This document shows positions 56,205-64,000 of a stretch of DNA of 64,000 nt, one piece after another (the stretch's first letter is position 1; every line of letters begins with the position of its first letter). The translations under genes and the position numbers were made by a program. The stretch covers positions 8,713 through 72,712 of the forward strand of contig CAZTUQ010000001.1 of assembly GCA_964616865.1 (NCBI GenBank), read 5' to 3'. Source of the DNA: an uncultured Muribaculaceae bacterium. GTDB taxonomy: Bacteria > Bacteroidota > Bacteroidia > Bacteroidales > UBA932. The notes under the pieces are model-generated. The model was not told where the DNA came from, made no database searches, and worked only from the letters and a program-made list of their open reading frames with translations.

Positions 56205-56525
56205 ATGTTAAGAAGTTGTTTAAAATCGTCCCTCAAAATAAGTTATGATGAATTTTCAAGAGCACTTCTTTCCGCAAAACGGGAATACGGCCGCACAAGT
56301 GCGGCACCCGGAAGTCCCGGCGCATACGACAAGGCAGGCGAGAAGAGAGGCTTTGAAAAAGGCGTCTCCGAGGGGATTGCAAAAGGACGGGAGGAAGGGC
56401 GCGCTGAAGGACGGGAGCAGAACAGGCTCGACACCGCAAGGAAAATGATGGCGGACGGTCTGCCCGTCGAGAAGATTTCGCTGTATACCGACATCAGCAT
56501 AGAAAACCTGCAGAAACTGCAATAA
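56205..56525 (+). pseudogene. Stand-alone C-terminal fragment of an Rpn/YhgA-like (PD-(D/E)XK 'putative transposase') protein
   Basis: GFEKGVSEGIAKGREEGRAEGRE repeat followed by TARKMMADGLPVEKISLYTDISIENLQKL, the characteristic Rpn tail; no nuclease domain in any frame upstream. Confidence 0.7.
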
Positions 56526-56688
56526 TCCAGGCCACCAAAAACACGACAGCGACCGCCAGGCACAGCCCCCTAATGGGCATTAGGCGAAAGCGCATAATCA
56601 ATGGTCTTGCAGAGAAGTAAAATCGTCAATAAGTCATTCTGCCAATCATGTTCAAGTAACCAACAGACACCCGCAGGAGTCCGGTTTT

Positions 56689-56733
56689 CAAAAAAACCGG
56701 AGTCGGTGTCAGCAATCTGACAGGGACTCCGGT
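56689..56733 (-). terminator. Strong intrinsic terminator ending the SusC/SusD-S8 locus
   Basis: Minus strand: ACCGGAGTC-CC-TGTCAG-ATTG-CTGACA-CC-GACTCCGGT followed by a run of T, 23 nt after the lipocalin gene stop. Confidence 0.8.
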
Positions 56734-56756
56734 ATATTAATAACAACGCAGACCGA

Positions 56757-57200
56757 CTATATCGCGTTATCTATAACCTCCTGCGGTATATCGGTGCGGA
56801 TATATGTATCAGCCTCACGAAGCGGTCCGGCAGAGACCAGCACCAGTTGCGTCTTGTCAGACGACAGCGAGACCTCATAGCTGCCTCCCCAGGCAGCACC
56901 GTCGGCATAAACACCGTTGAGCACATTGCCCCCGAGTGTCCATGTACCGTTGAAACAGCGGTACCTCCCCTGCCCTATCATCTGATACATAGTGAATTTC
57001 TTGTCCGAGGAAAATGACAGATAGACATCCACATTCTCTTCACCGATAACCGCAGCCTTGGTCGAGACATCAGACAGCCTCCATTCCCCGGTAATGTCGA
57101 GAGGAGTTTCTGTCTTGCTCCCGCCGCAGGAGCACAACATGCAGGCGGCTGCCGCCATAGCGGCAATGACGCGTATCATATTCTTCATAATCATATTCAT
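56757..57200 (-). CDS. Lipocalin-like domain lipoprotein
   Basis: AAAACMLCSC lipobox; ITGEWRL (GxW lipocalin motif), GTWTLGGNVLNG. Start is one of several Met codons near 57179-57200. Confidence 0.75.
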   Translation of the reverse strand: MNMIMKNMIRVIAAMAAAACMLCSCGGSKTETPLDITGEWRLSDVSTKAAVIGEENVDVYLSFSSDKKFTMYQMIGQGRYRCFNGTWTLGGNVLNGVYADGAAWGGSYEVSLSSDKTQLVLVSAGPLREADTYIRTDIPQEVIDNAI

Positions 57201-57204
57201 TGTT

Positions 57205-59256
57205 TTACAACCACCCCTGATTGCCACTCTTGAAAGGCCTGGACACAATGGAGACTTCGCGGTTCATTTCCATGCCGCCCGGAGCATTGTCACCGCCTCC
57301 GAGATGATCTCCGCCGCCAATCGCAGATATGGAGATGATACCGGAGCCGACCTTGGTCGGATGTATATACAACCTGCCATACTGGACATAGGCATATCCG
57401 CTCTCCGGGACTGCCGGATAGTTTTTCTGCACAGGAGCGGTAATGCGCTGCAGGCCGAGTGCGGAGACCGTAGACTCCGGCACACTCACATCCAGATAAC
57501 TCAGACTGACCGAGGATGTGCCGAATGCCGAATCCAGACTCACCCACTGCAGACCTCCGCAGGCCGTAATGACGCTCGGAGTACCGTCTATCTTCATCAT
57601 CAGTTGCCAGGCATCTATACCTCCCGTACCCATCTGATGATAATACGGAGACATGACGAGATCAGCATGCGCCTTGTAATATCCCCCACCCCCGCTGATC
57701 TGCACATTCTGATAAGACTTGGACGCTGTCTTGCCTATCTTCTGGTCAATGTCATTGGTAGAAGACAGCACCATATCCTTGAATTCGTCACGCGAGAATG
57801 TCCTGCCCTGCTTCTTGGCATACGAGAGTGCCAGCGCGACCACACCCGACACATGCGGACAAGCCATGGAAGTGCCCTGCATATAACCGTAGTCATTGCC
57901 CGAGCCAACCTTGCTGCCGACAGTATAAGAGGAGACCTCCGACGGAATAGTGGAGAGCACCATGCTCGCGAACGAATCCGCAAGTCCCATCTCCCCTCCC
58001 GGAGCAGCGATATTGCACCCGGGACCATAATTGGTATAATACGCCGGCAGGAAATCCGGGGCGAACGCCGACACCGATATGACATCCACAAATGCCCCCG
58101 GATAATGCGCATAGCCATGCGAATCATTACCTGCCGCGAACACGGCAATGTTGCCATCAAGGACATCATTGTTTTTACAGGACTCAAAATAATGGATGAC
58201 ATCTATCTCAACGGAACCGACCGTATTGACATAAGCATTGTCTGAGGAAAATGCCGTTGAATATCCGAACGAACATGATATTACAGAGGCCCCCATATCC
58301 GCTGCATATTTGATAGCCCTCGCAGTAATGGATGCACTGCCGCCGCGCTCTCCGGAGAATATCTGACAGGACATGATGCGGCAGCCGTCGCCCTTGCCGG
58401 TACCGCCGGCCACGCCGGCCACGCCGACGCCATTGTTATTGACGGCCGCTATAGTACCGGCGCAATGCGTCCCATGTCCGCTGTCTTTCTCATCCGTCCA
58501 CGATATTGCACCATTATCACAGAAATTGTAGCCATAGACATCATCGACATAGCCGTTGCCGTCATCATCGATGCCGTTGCCGGGAATCTCACCCTCATTG
58601 ACCCACATATTCGCAGCCAGATCGGGATGTGTGTGCTTGACGCCCTCGTCCACAACAGCCACGATGATGTCCGGGTCTCCTCCGATACCGAGTTCGCTCC
58701 AGACCTCCCTGACTCCGATATCCGCCCCGGCTACAGCCCCCTTGCCGAACAAGGTACTGCCGTCATTGTGATAATGCCACTGATAAGACAGATAAGGGTC
58801 ATCGAAAGGAAGCGTCACTGCAGAAGCAGCCAACGGTGCAGCCACAGCCCCACCACTGACACTCTTGGAGGCTATATGATTGTACTCCACCGCCTTTACT
58901 GCTCCAAGAGACGCGCACTCGCGCACCACATCATCGAGAGACGCCCCTTCCGACAGGACCGCCTCATACCATAGATTCAAGCCGAATGCAGCCTCGGCAT
59001 CCTCACGCCCGGGCACAGATGTAAACAAAGGCTCGACAGACACCAAGCCGGCACTGACAACCGCCGCAATAGTGGCCTCATCCGGCACAGCCGTAAATTT
59101 CAGCAGCACGCTGTGAGTGTCATACTCATCCGCGAGACGCACGACCTTGGTCATGGCATCGCCACGGCCCGGAGGCGGCAATTCCTGCCCCATGCGATCC
59201 GCGCAGCCCCATGCAATCGCCGTCAGACAGACGGCAGTAATGGACAAATTCTTCAT
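57205..59256 (-). CDS. S8 family subtilisin-like serine protease, lipoprotein
   Basis: IAWGC lipobox; catalytic triad IVAVVDEGV, HGTHCAGT, QGTSMACPHVSG; oxyanion AAGND; NGIDDDGNGYVDD Ca-binding loop. Confidence 0.93.
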   Translation of the reverse strand: MKNLSITAVCLTAIAWGCADRMGQELPPPGRGDAMTKVVRLADEYDTHSVLLKFTAVPDEATIAAVVSAGLVSVEPLFTSVPGREDAEAAFGLNLWYEAVLSEGASLDDVVRECASLGAVKAVEYNHIASKSVSGGAVAAPLAASAVTLPFDDPYLSYQWHYHNDGSTLFGKGAVAGADIGVREVWSELGIGGDPDIIVAVVDEGVKHTHPDLAANMWVNEGEIPGNGIDDDGNGYVDDVYGYNFCDNGAISWTDEKDSGHGTHCAGTIAAVNNNGVGVAGVAGGTGKGDGCRIMSCQIFSGERGGSASITARAIKYAADMGASVISCSFGYSTAFSSDNAYVNTVGSVEIDVIHYFESCKNNDVLDGNIAVFAAGNDSHGYAHYPGAFVDVISVSAFAPDFLPAYYTNYGPGCNIAAPGGEMGLADSFASMVLSTIPSEVSSYTVGSKVGSGNDYGYMQGTSMACPHVSGVVALALSYAKKQGRTFSRDEFKDMVLSSTNDIDQKIGKTASKSYQNVQISGGGGYYKAHADLVMSPYYHQMGTGGIDAWQLMMKIDGTPSVITACGGLQWVSLDSAFGTSSVSLSYLDVSVPESTVSALGLQRITAPVQKNYPAVPESGYAYVQYGRLYIHPTKVGSGIISISAIGGGDHLGGGDNAPGGMEMNREVSIVSRPFKSGNQGWL

Positions 59257-59287
59257 TTCGTTTAGTAGTAAGTCATTATATCATATA

Positions 59288-59317
59288 AGAGGCGATTGAA
59301 AAATATCAACCGCCTCT
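59288..59317. other. Intercistronic stem-loop without U tract
   Basis: AGAGGCG-ATTGA-AAAATA-TCAAC-CGCCTCT between the 784-aa lipoprotein gene and the S8 gene. Confidence 0.55.
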
Positions 59318-59344
59318 CGTATTGCAAATTCAGTCTGATAAGAC

Positions 59345-61699
59345 TTAACGGATTTTTACGATGTCCGCATTGCGACCGTTGCTGCGCCCGGCATGGCTGC
59401 CGCTGACAGCCGAGACCTTGACATCCACGGCATTATAGTCCTGACGCTCATAAGCGACACCGGCACGGACGCCGACAAACTCAGAAGCGGCAGGCAACTG
59501 GCACTTATAAGTAGGGACACTCTTGGCCACAACCGAAGCTGACTCCTTGGCAGGCGCATCCGCAGGTTTGCCATCGATATAGAATACCTGCTCACCGGCA
59601 TTAAGCCCATAACCATTGGTTCCGGCATAAGCCACGCTGAAATGATAGTTGCCGTCTTTGTCAACAAATCCCTTGACAGAGGTATCCCATCCGAGCTGCT
59701 TAGCAGCACCAGCTCCGAAGAAAGTATCTATCAGCTGGACATCCATAATGGCAATCGTGCCGTAAGTAGCATGGCTAACGCCGGTGGTCTGGATCGGGAC
59801 AGATACAGTACCATCCTCAGCAACAGTGAATTTCAATGTAACGCCATTGCACCAGTTAGGTACCTCATACTGCTTGGTATTGGGATTGTATTCCAGATTC
59901 AGCCCTTCGTCATATCCGGTAAAGACAATGCTATTATAGTCATAAGCACCCTTTCCGTCGATAATGACCTCATTGGGAAGTCCGGATGTCTTGTATGTCT
60001 CTGTCAGGAACGTGCCCTGCTGTCCATTGCTGGCATAGACCACGATAGTGTACGAAGTCAGGGCATTCAGACCGGTTGCGATATCAGCATATCCGCCCGT
60101 GGCGTTCACCGCCTTGAGTTCGTCTGCAGAGAGTGCGAATTTATCACTCCCCTTAATCTGGGCATTGTATTTGGCTTCGTTACCGGCATACGATGCAGTC
60201 TCGAGGAATGCCACATGCACATCCGTCAAATCCTTGCCGACGACATAGAATCCGAACGAATTGGATGCCGTATATCCTGCTGCCGCATAACGGTCAGAAA
60301 CAGTCTCCGTGCCGATCTTGACCACAGGAGCATAAGTCTCCGAATCATCTTTGGTGACATATTTGAATGTAGCGGAGGAATATTCGCCCTTGTACTCGCC
60401 ACCGGCGTATGCCAATGCGACGATAGTGTATGCACCGCTCTTGTCGAGGGTCACACCGAAAGCGCTGTTTTCGTCCACGGTATAGGACTTATATCCGTCC
60501 TTCTCCGCCTTGGAAATCTCTGCCGCCTTACTCTTGGCGTCAGCCTCGACGAGCTCACCGTCATAGACATTGTAGCGGACCTCATCCACATCTGCACCCA
60601 GTTCAAGGTACACGGGCAGCACACCGTCGGTAGCCAGATCTGTAGCCAAATCGATTGAATAATCCGTGCGGACATATCCGGAAACGACACCGGTGATGTC
60701 CCAAGGATCAGGTGACCAACCACCCTGCTGTCCGGGCAGCCAATAATTCTTTACATATATATAGAATCCTCCGTTGCCGTCATAGTAACTGACCGGATAG
60801 TCACCATCAGGGTTGCCAAAGTCCTTAGCGAAATCAAGGAACTCGAAACCATAGTGATTAGCATTAATCTCATTCCAATATGCAACATAGTCAGCAACCA
60901 GGACATCCTCCTGATATGTGCTGTGGAAGAATCCTGTCTTTTGGTAAGGCAGGCTGATGAACTGTCCTCCGATGTTGTTTTCCTCCTCGGTATACCAGAC
61001 GAATGACCATTCGACAGCATCCTCGGGCTTCTCGGCAGTACCGAAGAATCCATATCCGGTATAAGGACCGTCAGTCTCCGAGACACGCGAATCGCCTATA
61101 GTCTCAGTCATCATGTAACGGATACCGTCAATCTCATAGTACTTGAGGTAGCTATCGCATTCATCACCCCACCAGTTCTGCACCCAGTGCACTTTTGCTT
61201 TCTCATTTGTGGTAGGGTCGAGCATATACTGATATTCTACACAGAGGATGGAGAGGTCCAGAGATGTCGCCCCAGTGCCGTATTTGTAAGCATACTGCGG
61301 ATCGGAGATTGTGAAAGAGAGGGAACTCTCCTTGCCGACCGCAATGCCGTCAAATGCGACATCCACAGTCGTCTCGCTCTGCCCGTCAGCGAATGTAATG
61401 TCGCCGAATGTAAACACGCCGCCCACATTGGAGATCGTATCTACCGGCACGGTAATGGCACCCTCGCTATTGGTTCGTGCCACCTTGATGGTGATGGTCT
61501 TGTCTGCAGTAGGATTATAGACATGGCTGCCGGAGGCCTCCTGTGTGGGGAAATACACCCCATAGCAGCCATCCAGCTCGGGCTCGCCGGGCTTGAACTC
61601 CTCATTTTCGCTGCAAGCAGCCAGGGAGAACACGGCTATCGCTGATGCAGCCAATATGTTGTAAAATGCTTTCATGTTCTTGCTGATTGTAAAATCCAT
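59345..61699 (-). CDS. Large surface lipoprotein of the SusC/D locus (beta-rich multidomain, unknown function)
   Basis: MKAFYNILAASAIAVFSLAAC lipobox (alternative start 61675); Ig/Calx-beta-like first domain (ITIKVARTN...ITFADGQSETTVDV); aromatic-rich middle; no catalytic motif recognised. Confidence 0.8.
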   Translation of the reverse strand: MDFTISKNMKAFYNILAASAIAVFSLAACSENEEFKPGEPELDGCYGVYFPTQEASGSHVYNPTADKTITIKVARTNSEGAITVPVDTISNVGGVFTFGDITFADGQSETTVDVAFDGIAVGKESSLSFTISDPQYAYKYGTGATSLDLSILCVEYQYMLDPTTNEKAKVHWVQNWWGDECDSYLKYYEIDGIRYMMTETIGDSRVSETDGPYTGYGFFGTAEKPEDAVEWSFVWYTEEENNIGGQFISLPYQKTGFFHSTYQEDVLVADYVAYWNEINANHYGFEFLDFAKDFGNPDGDYPVSYYDGNGGFYIYVKNYWLPGQQGGWSPDPWDITGVVSGYVRTDYSIDLATDLATDGVLPVYLELGADVDEVRYNVYDGELVEADAKSKAAEISKAEKDGYKSYTVDENSAFGVTLDKSGAYTIVALAYAGGEYKGEYSSATFKYVTKDDSETYAPVVKIGTETVSDRYAAAGYTASNSFGFYVVGKDLTDVHVAFLETASYAGNEAKYNAQIKGSDKFALSADELKAVNATGGYADIATGLNALTSYTIVVYASNGQQGTFLTETYKTSGLPNEVIIDGKGAYDYNSIVFTGYDEGLNLEYNPNTKQYEVPNWCNGVTLKFTVAEDGTVSVPIQTTGVSHATYGTIAIMDVQLIDTFFGAGAAKQLGWDTSVKGFVDKDGNYHFSVAYAGTNGYGLNAGEQVFYIDGKPADAPAKESASVVAKSVPTYKCQLPAASEFVGVRAGVAYERQDYNAVDVKVSAVSGSHAGRSNGRNADIVKIR

Positions 61700-61708
61700 A
61701 ATAGTCTC

Positions 61709-63397
61709 TTACTCTGACCAGAGAGTCAGCTTGCCCGAAGGATCGGGGTTGTTGGTCTCATCTGTGATGCCGGTGTTGCTCTGGAACTCGCCACGGGTAA
61801 TGACGATATTCCACATGGGAGAACGTCCCTCGCTGTTATAGCAGAATACAGGAGCATGGTTGGTACCGGGATAACCTCTCGTGACACCCTTGTCAAGTCT
61901 CTTGTAGTCAAAGAGAAGCACGCCCTCGCCCCAGAACTCGACCCTCTTCTGGAAGAGGAGATCGTCGATGAGGAATTTGTCGAGAGAAGCGGAATTGGCC
62001 TTGTAGGACGCGTTACGGGTGCCCACCAAAGACTCGAGGGCTGCCTTGCCGGCATCGAGGTCCGAGTGTGCGAGAGCCTCTGCTTTGATGAAATACATCT
62101 CCTCAATCCTCATAAGGCAGTGGTCCGCGCAGTTGCCTACGGAAAAGTCGGAAACATTGCCCTGGGCAGGACGGAACTTGATATTCTGATATGCCATGGC
62201 TGCAGGAATCTGGAGTTTGGCGTTGCCGTAGAGGAAGTTCTTCCTGTCGTCATCAGAGCCGGAGAACTTGTAGACACCGGTAAAGTCCTTGTTTTCAGGA
62301 TCTGCCATAAACTCGGGAGAGAGCCAGCTGTCCTTCCTCCAGTCTTTATCGGAGATAGCCTCATAGAAAGCCCTGTTCGCACCGATATGAGAAAGACCCG
62401 CATATCCCCAAGTAGCCTCCGAAGAGATATGAGCGGTATAGGTAATGATATTACCCTGATTCTGCGAAGAAAGCGTCGCGCCCCAAATCCATGCCGTGTT
62501 GGCAGCACCGTTATTGAATCCGTTGGTCGGATCCTGCCACTGAGCCTTGGTGAGAGGTGTGAATTTGGCACTGCCAATCACCTTGTCCGCATACTCGGCA
62601 GCCTTGGTGAAATAGGTGGCACTGCTGCTATCGTCCTCCCAATAGCCCATCTCGAGATAGGCACGGGCCTTGAGTCCCTGAGCCAGATATACGGAAGGAG
62701 CAGTGTAGGAGAATGCAGCACCTGTGAGATACTCCTCTGCCTTGTCGAGGTCGGAGAGTATAAACTCATACATAGCTGCGCGTGTAGCACGGGGATTGTT
62801 CTTGCCCTCAGCCTCTGTGGTAGACTCCTTGATAATAGGGACTGTCAGCCCCTTGACTGCGGACACATCTGTGTATTTGTTATCCTTTGCCTCAAAAAGA
62901 CGGGCCAAATCCAAATAGAATGCAGCCCTGTATGCGTAGGCCTGGCCGAGCATAGCCTTATTGGCCTCGGTAACACCTGTGCTCTCGATGGTCTTGATGA
63001 CATCATTTGCGCTCTTGATCCATGTATAGTAGCAGTCCCAATAGTACGAGCAGTAGATATAACGCGAATCCATTGCCTCATTCATGCAATAATTGTAGAA
63101 CCTGTTATAGTAAGGGTTGTCTCCCATTGTGGCAAGGTCCTCCAGCATGAAATCGGTCATCAGGTGCATTGCACCAATACCAAAATCGGTATGTACACCG
63201 TAGCTGGTATAATATCCTGCCGTATTGGTTGCAGTCATGGCTGCAGGGATACCCTTGAGCATGGACTCGAGGGCTACGGGAGACGCTCCCACCTGAGACT
63301 CGGTCTGGGTGGCTCCCTGAGGCAGGGCTTCCTTGATACAGCCCGAGGACAGCACCCCGGCCAAGGAAATCATCGTATATACAAATATCTTTTTCAT
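61709..63397 (-). CDS. SusD/RagB family nutrient-uptake lipoprotein
   Basis: LSSGC lipobox; WDCYYTWIKSANDVI, GQAYAYRAAFYLDLARLF, MRIEEMYFIKAEA, QKRVEFWGEG. Confidence 0.95.
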   Translation of the reverse strand: MKKIFVYTMISLAGVLSSGCIKEALPQGATQTESQVGASPVALESMLKGIPAAMTATNTAGYYTSYGVHTDFGIGAMHLMTDFMLEDLATMGDNPYYNRFYNYCMNEAMDSRYIYCSYYWDCYYTWIKSANDVIKTIESTGVTEANKAMLGQAYAYRAAFYLDLARLFEAKDNKYTDVSAVKGLTVPIIKESTTEAEGKNNPRATRAAMYEFILSDLDKAEEYLTGAAFSYTAPSVYLAQGLKARAYLEMGYWEDDSSSATYFTKAAEYADKVIGSAKFTPLTKAQWQDPTNGFNNGAANTAWIWGATLSSQNQGNIITYTAHISSEATWGYAGLSHIGANRAFYEAISDKDWRKDSWLSPEFMADPENKDFTGVYKFSGSDDDRKNFLYGNAKLQIPAAMAYQNIKFRPAQGNVSDFSVGNCADHCLMRIEEMYFIKAEALAHSDLDAGKAALESLVGTRNASYKANSASLDKFLIDDLLFQKRVEFWGEGVLLFDYKRLDKGVTRGYPGTNHAPVFCYNSEGRSPMWNIVITRGEFQSNTGITDETNNPDPSGKLTLWSE

Positions 63398-63416
63398 ATT
63401 GTTCTTCTTCTGAATA

Positions 63417-64000
63417 TTAGAATGTCAGATTGATACCGCCGGAGATGGTACGGACCGTGGAGTTGGTCGCGTAGTTGGTGCTTCCGTTGAACGAGTAGCG
63501 GGGATCGAATCCGTGACGCTTGGAAACATACCAGATGTTGTCAGCTGAAACATAGACGCGGAGTTTGGAAATCTGCATCCTGCTTGTAAGCCTCTCGGGG
63601 AGGGTGTAGCCTATCTGCGCATTCTGGAAGTTGAGGTAACTCGCATCTGTGAGGAACCTGTCAGAGCTGGAATTGAAATTCTGGTCGAGATACTGGAAGC
63701 GGGGCATGTTGGAGGATTTGTTCTCCGGAGTCCAGGCTTTCAGTATATCCTTGTGGATGTTGGCACCTACGCTGCCGCCCGGAGCATTAAGAGACGCCGC
63801 ATAACCGGAATCGTATGCCTTGCCGCCCAACTGATATGTAAACTGTACCGCTGCGTCAAATCCGCGGAAAGATGCGCTCAGACCAAATCCACCATAGAGT
63901 TTCGGTGTCGGAGCATCTATGAGGTAGTCGGTAGCCTCTCCGTACGCCTTGGTAGTAGTCCTGGATACAGTGCCGTCCTCGGCAGTCACATCCTTGTACC
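63417..64000 (-). CDS. SusC/RagA family TonB-dependent transporter (3' end only)
   Basis: PKLYGGFG, SSDRFLTDASYLNFQNAQIGYTLP, LRVYVSADN, FDP, C-terminal GGINLTF; open past the window end. Confidence 0.95.
   Translation of the reverse strand, partial: YKDVTAEDGTVSRTTTKAYGEATDYLIDAPTPKLYGGFGLSASFRGFDAAVQFTYQLGGKAYDSGYAASLNAPGGSVGANIHKDILKAWTPENKSSNMPRFQYLDQNFNSSSDRFLTDASYLNFQNAQIGYTLPERLTSRMQISKLRVYVSADNIWYVSKRHGFDPRYSFNGSTNYATNSTVRTISGGINLTF

Noticed and set aside
61856-63433. 525-aa plus-strand ORF
   Set aside because: Antisense to SusD; shadow ORF.
1-64000. CRISPR array, rRNA, IS element, recoding (Sec/Pyl or frameshift) sites
   Set aside because: No regularly spaced repeats, rRNA-like sequence, transposase with terminal repeats, or split genes needing recoding were seen by eye.

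Overview
A 64-kb chromosomal segment from a Bacteroidales bacterium, judged from SusC/SusD, TAnnTTTG-type promoter boxes, the rseC-rnfBCDGEA order and A-rich translation starts. Most genes are housekeeping: rlhA/U32, prmC, ddl, PBP1a, topA, ispD, mreBCD-mrdA-rodA, tRNA-Leu(TAA), tatAC, fabG, pepP, nrdDG, rnf, dnaB, dcp and alaS. Accessory modules are interspersed: (i) an M56 peptidase / secreted 79-aa zinc-ribbon peptide / beta-barrel receptor trio next to the tRNA; (ii) a 3-keto-glycoside (Gfo/Idh/MocA x2, DUF1080, TIM-barrel) operon running into tatAC; (iii) a DUF5131 radical-SAM gene behind nrdDG; (iv) an Rpn C-terminal remnant; (v) the 3' end of a SusC/SusD locus carrying an S8 protease rather than glycosidases. 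The most unusual items are an in-frame fusion of LptF/G permease to methionyl-tRNA formyltransferase, the peptide/barrel/M56 module, and two degenerate proteins (an M16 peptidase without HXXEH and a LytTR regulator without its phospho-Asp). I saw no CRISPR array, integrase, rRNA or intact IS element. All family calls come from recognising motifs by eye; no searches were run.
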